In this document: positions 58,119 through 64,000 of the stretch, piece by piece | How the letters are laid out: every line of letters begins with the position of its first letter | Numbering within the stretch: the stretch's first letter is position 1 | NCBI GenBank assembly: GCA_001873065.1 | Contig: MNYM01000002.1 | Location: 6,781-70,780, forward strand | Origin: Flavobacteriaceae bacterium CG2_30_31_66 | GTDB taxonomy: Bacteria; Bacteroidota; Bacteroidia; Flavobacteriales; Flavobacteriaceae | DNA: 64,000 nucleotides | Reading direction: 5' to 3' | Notes under the pieces: generated by a model | Database searches by the model: none | Told to the model about the DNA's origin: nothing | Seen by the model: the letters and a program-made list of their open reading frames with translations, nothing else | Position numbers and translations under genes: made by a program

Positions 58119-58535
58119 ATGAAATTAGTAAAATCAATCGTAGTCATGGCAGTTTTATTCATCACGAATTCAGTAATTGCCCAAGAAAAAGCAACCCTCA
58201 CAGCAGAAGTTATCAATGTCACTTCCGATGCTGGAAAAGTAGGTTTTGCATTGTATGACAAAGCATCTTTTATGCTAAAACCAATTCAAGCAGCAAATGC
58301 AAAAATTGTAGAAGGGAAAAGTACTGTAACTTTTGAAAACGTTCCTTTTGGTGAATATGCCATTATTTGTTATCATGACAAAAATGATAATGACAAAATG
58401 GATTTTTCTGCCAACGGAATGCCTACTGAAGATTTTGGAGCATCCAATAATGTAATGACTTTTGGTCCTCCAACTTTTGATGGTGCAAAGTTTGCAGTTT
58501 CAGAGAAAAATGTATCTTTAAGGATTAAATTTTAA
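58119..58535 (+). CDS. DUF2141 domain exported protein
   Basis: Signal peptide; G.V..ALY, GEYAI..YHDKN.N.KMD, P.E.FG.SNN, GPP.F. Confidence 0.88.
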   Translation: MKLVKSIVVMAVLFITNSVIAQEKATLTAEVINVTSDAGKVGFALYDKASFMLKPIQAANAKIVEGKSTVTFENVPFGEYAIICYHDKNDNDKMDFSANGMPTEDFGASNNVMTFGPPTFDGAKFAVSEKNVSLRIKF

Positions 58536-58565
58536 TAGCCATTTTTAACACAAATTTCATTGATT

Positions 58566-59918
58566 ATGACTTCCAATATCTCGCTGAGAAATACCATTAA
58601 AGAAGGTTTCTTAACAAGTTTGAAAATAACTTTCATTTTTGCAGTCGTTTTCACGGTGCTTAATCAAGATTTTACTTTCAAAGGTGTTTTATATACCATT
58701 TTAATATCTGGAATGTATTCTTTTGGTTTGGGTTTTGGACAAGGCGTTATCAATGATACATTGAGTAAAAAATGGAGTTGGGTTGATGAGACCAATCAGC
58801 GAGTTTGGATAGGTATTATTGCTACAATTGGCTACACAATTCCTGTAGTTTTTTTGATAAATTACATCAATTTTATTGTCATCAATGGTAATAATCCAGC
58901 TAATTTTTTTAAGGGAAATACTGTTTGGGTTCACTTTTTTTACATCATTTTATCTTTCGGAATTTCAGCATTTTTGCATGCAAGAAGTTTTATGATTGAA
59001 TGGAAAAAATCGATAAAACAAGAAAGTACTCTACAAGAAATTGTTGCAAAAACTGAAACAGCCAAATTTGAATCTTTAAAAAATCAAATAGACCCACATT
59101 TTTTATTCAATAGTTTAAATGTATTGACCAGTTTAATCAATGAAAATCCTAGTCAGGCAGAGAAATTTACCACCAAATTGTCAAAAATTTACAGGTATGT
59201 TTTGGAACAAAGAAACAAAGATTTGATTCCATTGTCAGAAGAATTGCATTTTGCAAAAACCTATATGGAGCTTTTAGGAATGCGTTTTGAAGACGCTGTG
59301 AAGTTCAATATACCAGATAATGTAAGCAATAACGAGCTTAAAATTGTGCCACTTTCGCTACAATTATTATTAGAAAATGCGGTAAAACACAATGTAGTTT
59401 CTTCGTACAAACCTTTGACTATTAGTATTTATGAAGAAAATGATTATTTGGTTATACAAAATAATGTAAACTCTAAAGAGGCTGTTGGAAAAAGTACCAA
59501 AGTAGGATTGCAAAACATCGCTGACAGGTATGGATTGATTACTCAAAAAAGTGTGCAAATAGAAAATAATAACAAAACATTTACAGTGAGGATTCCCCTC
59601 TTATATAAAATAAACAATATCATGTATCCAAAAGATTTAGAAAATAGCAACTACGTAAAAGCCGTAGAAAAAGTAAAAAAATTAAAAGAATTTTATCAAA
59701 ATTTAGCCTCCTATTGCATCATAATTCCCTTATTAGTGGTGATTAATTTGCAATTCATGCCAAGATTTTATTGGTTTTGGTTTCCGATGTTTGGATGGGG
59801 AATTGGCTTGTTTTTTCATTTTTTAGAAGTTAATAATTATTCATTTTTTCTGGGAGATAACTGGGAAGAAAGAAAAATAAAAGAGTTAATGGAAAAAGAA
59901 CAACAAAACAAATTTTAA
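58566..59918 (+). CDS. LytS-like membrane histidine kinase with C-terminal 2TM domain
   Basis: Four N-terminal TMs; LKNQIDPHFLFNSLN H-box, LLENAVKHN N-box; C-terminal KVKKLKEFY..L...WFWFPMFGWGIGLFFH...WEERKIKELM. Confidence 0.9.
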   Translation: MTSNISLRNTIKEGFLTSLKITFIFAVVFTVLNQDFTFKGVLYTILISGMYSFGLGFGQGVINDTLSKKWSWVDETNQRVWIGIIATIGYTIPVVFLINYINFIVINGNNPANFFKGNTVWVHFFYIILSFGISAFLHARSFMIEWKKSIKQESTLQEIVAKTETAKFESLKNQIDPHFLFNSLNVLTSLINENPSQAEKFTTKLSKIYRYVLEQRNKDLIPLSEELHFAKTYMELLGMRFEDAVKFNIPDNVSNNELKIVPLSLQLLLENAVKHNVVSSYKPLTISIYEENDYLVIQNNVNSKEAVGKSTKVGLQNIADRYGLITQKSVQIENNNKTFTVRIPLLYKINNIMYPKDLENSNYVKAVEKVKKLKEFYQNLASYCIIIPLLVVINLQFMPRFYWFWFPMFGWGIGLFFHFLEVNNYSFFLGDNWEERKIKELMEKEQQNKF

Positions 59919-59920
59919 GT

Positions 59921-60211
59921 ATGGATCCACAATTTACAGATTCAGAAAGATATTTTAGAGCGGAAAAACGTGTAAAGGAAATCAAAGGTTTTTACATTCA
60001 TTTAATAGTGTATTGTTTAATAATTTCAGCAATCATTTTTATCAACTTACGATATACTCCTCAATTTCATTGGTTCTGGTTTTCAGCTTTGGGATGGGGA
60101 TTGGGCTTGTTTTTTCATTGGTTAGGAATTTTTGGATTTCAATTAATCGGTTTGGGAAAAGATTGGGAAGATCGAAAAATAAAAGAATTTATGAATAAAA
60201 ATAATCATTAA
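59921..60211 (+). CDS. 2TM domain protein
   Basis: RAEKRVKEIKGFYIHL...WGLGLFFH...WEDRKIKEFM. Confidence 0.88.
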   Translation: MDPQFTDSERYFRAEKRVKEIKGFYIHLIVYCLIISAIIFINLRYTPQFHWFWFSALGWGLGLFFHWLGIFGFQLIGLGKDWEDRKIKEFMNKNNH

Positions 60212-60212
60212 T

Positions 60213-60551
60213 ATGGAACAGAATTATAGTACAGAACAAAGTTATTTACGTGCTAAAAAACGCGTAAAAGAAATCAAAGGTTTTTATATTCATTTGGTAG
60301 TTTTTATCGTCATCAACCTTTTTATTAGCGGGACAGCTATTTATGGCAACTTAAAAAGTGGAGACAGTTTTGTGGAAGCAGTATCAGAATTTGGAGTTTA
60401 TTCCATAGCCATTTTTTGGGGAATTGGAATGTTTTTTCATTGGTTGAGTGTTTTTGGTTTTAAGTCTATAGGTTTTGGTAGAGATTGGGAAGAGCGAAAA
60501 ATCAAAGAATATTTAGAAAAAGAAAATAACCAACTTTCAAAAAGAGAATAA
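60213..60551 (+). CDS. 2TM domain protein
   Basis: RAKKRVKEIKGFYIHL...WGIGMFFH...WEERKIKEYL. Confidence 0.88.
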   Translation: MEQNYSTEQSYLRAKKRVKEIKGFYIHLVVFIVINLFISGTAIYGNLKSGDSFVEAVSEFGVYSIAIFWGIGMFFHWLSVFGFKSIGFGRDWEERKIKEYLEKENNQLSKRE

Positions 60552-60553
60552 GT

Positions 60554-61309
60554 ATGAAAGTGGTCATCATTGAGGACGAAAAACCAGCAGCAAGAAGGCT
60601 CAGCAGAATGTTGGTAGACTTGAATATTGAAGTGCAAGAAATGCTACACTCCGTTGAGGAATCCCTGAATTGGTTGCAAAACAACGAACATCCAGCTTTG
60701 ATATTTTTAGACATTCAATTGTCTGACGGATTGTCTTTCGAAATTTTTGAAGAAATTGAAGTAAAAAGTGCTATTATTTTTATAACGGCTTATGATGAAT
60801 ATGCGCTCAGAGCATTCAAACTAAATTCTATTGATTATTTATTGAAGCCAATTGATGAAGACGAATTGGCAAATGCAGTAAATCAATTCAAAAAAAATCA
60901 ACCACAAAAAACAGCTTTAATGGTGAATTTGGATGATATTAAAAATTTATTAATCAATCCTTTAGATCGTAAATTTAAAAGAAGATTGTCTATCAAAGTT
61001 GGTGCACATATCAAGATAATTACCACAGATGCCATTGAATGTTTTTACAGCGAAAACAAAGCGACTTACTGTTTTACCAATGAAAAAAGGAGTTTTTTGT
61101 TAGATAATTCACTTGAAATTTGGGACGATCAGTTGGATCCAGAGCAATTTTTCAGAGTCAACAGAACCTTTATTGTCAATATCAATGCTATTAAGGACAT
61201 CGTTTCTTACTCAAATTCGCGCTTAAAACTGATTTTAAATTCCTATTCAGAAACGGAAATTATTGTAAGCAGGGAAAAAGTGAAAGATTTTAAAAATTGG
61301 TTAGCTTAA
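60554..61309 (+). CDS. LytR/AlgR family response regulator
   Basis: IIEDE, FLDIQL (phospho-Asp), ITAY, YLLKP; LytTR FFRVNRTFIVN. Confidence 0.95.
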   Translation: MKVVIIEDEKPAARRLSRMLVDLNIEVQEMLHSVEESLNWLQNNEHPALIFLDIQLSDGLSFEIFEEIEVKSAIIFITAYDEYALRAFKLNSIDYLLKPIDEDELANAVNQFKKNQPQKTALMVNLDDIKNLLINPLDRKFKRRLSIKVGAHIKIITTDAIECFYSENKATYCFTNEKRSFLLDNSLEIWDDQLDPEQFFRVNRTFIVNINAIKDIVSYSNSRLKLILNSYSETEIIVSREKVKDFKNWLA

Positions 61310-61370
61310 AGTATATAAAGGTTTAAAAATTTATAAAGTTTAAAAGTTTGTAAAGTTTAAAAGATAAATT
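61307..61370 (+). repeat. AAAGTTT-periodic tract with a 13-bp direct repeat at 17-bp period
   Basis: TAAAGTTTAAAAG at 61334-61346 and 61351-61363, within alternating 8/9-nt units. Confidence 0.55.
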
Positions 61371-61447
61371 GTTTATCGATTTACAATTTATAGTTATTTT
61401 TACGGCGAATAGTTTAAAATTAAAAGCAAGTAGCCAAAAGCTTTTTT

Positions 61448-61521
61448 GGGGAATTAGCTCAGTTGGCTAGAGCGCTACGCTGGCAGCGTAGAGGTCGTCG
61501 GTTCGAGCCCGATATTCTCCA
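61448..61521 (+). tRNA. tRNA-Ala (anticodon GGC); CCA not encoded
   Basis: Acceptor GGGGAAT/ATTCTCC with G3:U70 Ala determinant; anticodon arm CTACG-CTGGCAG-CGTAG; T-loop TTCGAGC. Confidence 0.97.
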
Positions 61522-61522
61522 C

Positions 61523-61560
61523 AAACCATTGATAATCTATCGATTGTTGATGGTTTTTTT
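61523..61560 (+). terminator. Intrinsic terminator after tRNA-Ala
   Basis: 15-bp stem (three G:U pairs) AAACCATTGATAATC/GATTGTTGATGGTTT plus T run. Confidence 0.8.
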
Positions 61561-61960
61561 ATAAACTTTTTTTATTTTTTCGTCTCAACATCCTTTTCTA
61601 TTTTTCCAAAATTGAGATATGTAAAGCTATTAGTTTGTTATCGTTCATAGGTATTTTAAAATTATTTTGTTTGATTCTGAATTTTATCTGCAAATTTGTG
61701 AGTCTTTTCTTTTAAACTAATTTTGAATTATTTTTATAAATAAGAAGATTTAACAATGATTTTTTTAGTCGAAGGTTTATTTTTTGAATCAATAGAAAAA
61801 TTATTTTTATTTTAAATAATGCCATAAAATAGTTCTTTATGTTCTGAAACCTACTAAAAAAACACACTTTTATTATCAAACTTTAATTTTTTATTTTTGT
61901 GGTTTTTTTAATCAGTTGTTTTTGTTTAAATATTTGTCAGCAATAATAAAAAATAGTATT

Positions 61961-61986
61961 TGTAACAAAACAAATACCATATCGTC
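61961..61986 (+). promoter_or_regulatory. ECF sigma-type promoter (-35 TGTAAC, 16-bp spacer, -10 CGTC)
   Basis: TGTAAC-aaaacaaataccatat-CGTC, 56 nt upstream of the sigma gene; fits the general ECF AAC/CGT pattern. Confidence 0.7.
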
Positions 61987-62042
61987 ATAAGCATGTAAAC
62001 CTGATATGAGAGATGAAAAAATATCAGTAATATTAAAACACA

Positions 62043-62552
62043 ATGAACCAATCAGACTTTTTAAAAGTTGTTTTACCGTTTAAAGACAAAGTTTTTCGTT
62101 TGGCAAAACGACTACTCGTTTCAACAGAAGAAGCTGAAGATGCAACGCAAGAATTGTATTTTAAACTGTGGAAAAGTAAGGAGAAAATTGCAGATTATCA
62201 AAATGTAGAGGCGTTTGCCATGACAATGACTAAAAACTATTGTTATGATAGATTAAAATCAAAACAGGCAAGTAACCTAACATTGGCACACAGCAATTAT
62301 CTGGAAAAAGATACTGCACTTGATAAAAAAGTAGAACATCAAGACAGTGTGAGCCTAGTGCACCAATTAATTGAAAAGTTGCCTGATCAGCAAAAAATAA
62401 TTATTCAATTGCGTGATATTGAAGAATATGACCTAGAAGAAATTTGTAAAATGGTAGACATGAAGCCCATTGCAGTAAGAGTGGCGTTGTCAAGAGCAAG
62501 AAAAACAATACGTGAAGAACTCATTAAAAAACACAACTATGGAATCTGTTAA
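62043..62552 (+). CDS. ECF RNA polymerase sigma factor
   Basis: AEDATQELYFKLW (region 2) and LIEKLPDQQKIIIQLRD...VRVALSRARK (region 4). Confidence 0.95.
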   Translation: MNQSDFLKVVLPFKDKVFRLAKRLLVSTEEAEDATQELYFKLWKSKEKIADYQNVEAFAMTMTKNYCYDRLKSKQASNLTLAHSNYLEKDTALDKKVEHQDSVSLVHQLIEKLPDQQKIIIQLRDIEEYDLEEICKMVDMKPIAVRVALSRARKTIREELIKKHNYGIC

Positions 62553-62970
62553 TATTGAAAAATTAATCGAAAAATACCTTGAAGGAAATACTAGTTTGCA
62601 AGAAGAAACAATTTTAAAAAACTATTTCAACAAAGGAATTGTTGCGCCAAATTTGCAAGAATATCAACCGCTTTTCACGTATTACGTGACAGCCAAAAAT
62701 GAAAGGTATTCAAAAACCATTGAATTATCTCCAAAAAAAATCAAGAGAAACTATACATGGTTGTCAATTGCAGCTTCAATAGCATTGTTGGTGAGCGTGT
62801 TTATTGGCAAACAACAATATGAATTGTATCAACAAAAACAAGAAGCAGAACGTTTGTTTGCAGAATTGTCTAAAGGATTGAGATTGATTTCAACCAATCT
62901 TAAAAAAGGAGAACAAGCAGTTGCAACCCTCTATACATTAGAAAATACCGTAAATAAAATCGTAAAATAA
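62539..62970 (+). CDS. Putative single-TM anti-sigma factor
   Basis: Overlaps the sigma stop; N-terminal IEKLIEKYLEG.TS.QEE..LK.YF, central TM (WLSIAASIALLV). Confidence 0.7.
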   Translation: MESVNIEKLIEKYLEGNTSLQEETILKNYFNKGIVAPNLQEYQPLFTYYVTAKNERYSKTIELSPKKIKRNYTWLSIAASIALLVSVFIGKQQYELYQQKQEAERLFAELSKGLRLISTNLKKGEQAVATLYTLENTVNKIVK

Positions 62971-63008
62971 ACCAAGTAAATTAGTAAAACCAAGTAAAAA
63001 TAGAAACC

Positions 63009-63527
63009 ATGAAAAAAATAATTTTATTCATCACACTAGCCACAATGCCGCTTGTAAACCAAGCACAATCGTTCTTTGATTCTTTAGAAGACATGGATGG
63101 TGTTGATATGGTAGTCGTAACCAAAGACGCTTTCGAATTAATTTCCAAGTTTAAAAACGTAAAAATTGATGATAACGAAGGTATGAAAGTCTTCAAAATG
63201 ATTCAAGATTTGAAAGAATTCAAAATGTTTTCAACCAGCAATCCAGCAATTGCCGACAAAATGGAAAGCATGATGCAAGCTGCCATCAAAAAACAAAATT
63301 TAAGTGAATTGATGCGTATCAAAGAAGATGATAATCGTGTAAAAATTTATGTGAAAGCATCAAGCAATAAAGATTTTGTAAGCGAAGTATTAATGTTCAT
63401 CAAAGGCATTAGCAAAGAAACAAACAAAAAATCGGATTCGATGATAGTTTCTTTATCAGGAAACATCGATATCAATAAAATGTCTGATTTGGCGGACACA
63501 TTTTTGAACGATAAAAATAAAAAATAA
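63009..63527 (+). CDS. DUF4252 family exported protein
   Basis: Signal peptide ending AQ; ELMRIKED, EVLMF, LSGNID pattern; follows an ECF/anti-sigma pair. Confidence 0.8.
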   Translation: MKKIILFITLATMPLVNQAQSFFDSLEDMDGVDMVVVTKDAFELISKFKNVKIDDNEGMKVFKMIQDLKEFKMFSTSNPAIADKMESMMQAAIKKQNLSELMRIKEDDNRVKIYVKASSNKDFVSEVLMFIKGISKETNKKSDSMIVSLSGNIDINKMSDLADTFLNDKNKK

Positions 63528-63532
63528 ACCCT

Positions 63533-63570
63533 AAAAGTAGCTGATTTTCAATAAGTCAGCTACTTTTTTT
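63533..63570 (+). terminator. Terminator-like hairpin between the two DUF4252 genes
   Basis: AAAAGTAGCTGA...TCAGCTACTTTT plus T run. Confidence 0.7.
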
Positions 63571-63589
63571 AAACCAATACAACAACACC

Positions 63590-64000
63590 ATGAAAAAAAC
63601 TAGCATCCTGAAAGCAATGCTTCTTTTGGTTTTTTTAGCAACCTCTTGCAAAAACGAAAAATCTTTACAAAAATATTTGGTAGAAACAAGTGGAAAAGAA
63701 GGATTTATCACTGGTGATATTCCAGTGAGCTCTCTAATTTCAGCAAAAGCAGATGTTTCTGAAGAAATCAAAGAAACCATCAAAAGTGTGCAAAAAATAA
63801 ATGTGGCTTTTTTACAGAAAACTACTGAAAACCAAGCATTATATGAAACAGAGAAAAATACATTAAAAAATATTTTTACTAATAATAACTATAAAAGTTT
63901 GGGTAAAATGAAAGCCCAAGGAATGAATGTAACTTTATATTTTACAGGAGAAACTGACGCTATTGACGAGATTATTGCCTTCGGATATAGCAATGAAGTT
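63590..64000 (+). CDS. Second DUF4252-like protein, lipoprotein; truncated by the window edge
   Basis: Not in the track. ATG at 63590, open to the end: MKKTSILKAMLLLVFLATSC..SLQKYLV...DAIDEIIAFG. Confidence 0.75.
   Translation, partial: MKKTSILKAMLLLVFLATSCKNEKSLQKYLVETSGKEGFITGDIPVSSLISAKADVSEEIKETIKSVQKINVAFLQKTTENQALYETEKNTLKNIFTNNNYKSLGKMKAQGMNVTLYFTGETDAIDEIIAFGYSNEV

Noticed and set aside
61448-61560. Genomic island integrated at tRNA-Ala
   Set aside because: No integrase, no duplicated tRNA 3' end in the window and no obvious compositional shift in the downstream genes.

Overview
AT-rich (roughly 30% GC by eye) core-genome window from a Bacteroidota bacterium, most likely Flavobacteriaceae: it has gldI, a T9SS C-terminal domain, TAnnTTTG promoters and no Shine-Dalgarno motifs. 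It holds about 66 CDS, one tRNA-Ala(GGC) and one nonsense-interrupted ABM-family gene. I found no transposase, integrase, prophage, rRNA or CRISPR array. The main blocks are: purB/mnmA/mtaB housekeeping; TPR-ribH-orf-mutL-rhomboid x2-EEP; recF-DUF721; DHH-gldI-FKBP-cyclophilin/FKBP-PAP2; LTA-synthase and ArnT-family envelope enzymes; pheT-pyrD; oxyR/dps; an arg/pro operon lacking argH and argR; a DUF2141-LytS-like kinase-2TM-2TM-LytTR module; and an ECF sigma/anti-sigma/DUF4252 x2 module. The best leads: (1) an unannotated 30-aa leader ORF ending Arg-Pro-stop, with its stop codon inside a hairpin, ahead of the ArgR-less arg operon (candidate arginine-sensing leader peptide); (2) a textbook 9-12-9 LytTR direct repeat in front of the DUF2141/2TM module; (3) a MutL that lacks every endonuclease metal ligand but keeps its clamp motif; (4) recurring bipartite 7-9 bp periodic repeat arrays filling intergenic gaps; (5) a structured DEAD-box helicase 5' UTR. 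Product calls come from motif recognition only; no database search was run.
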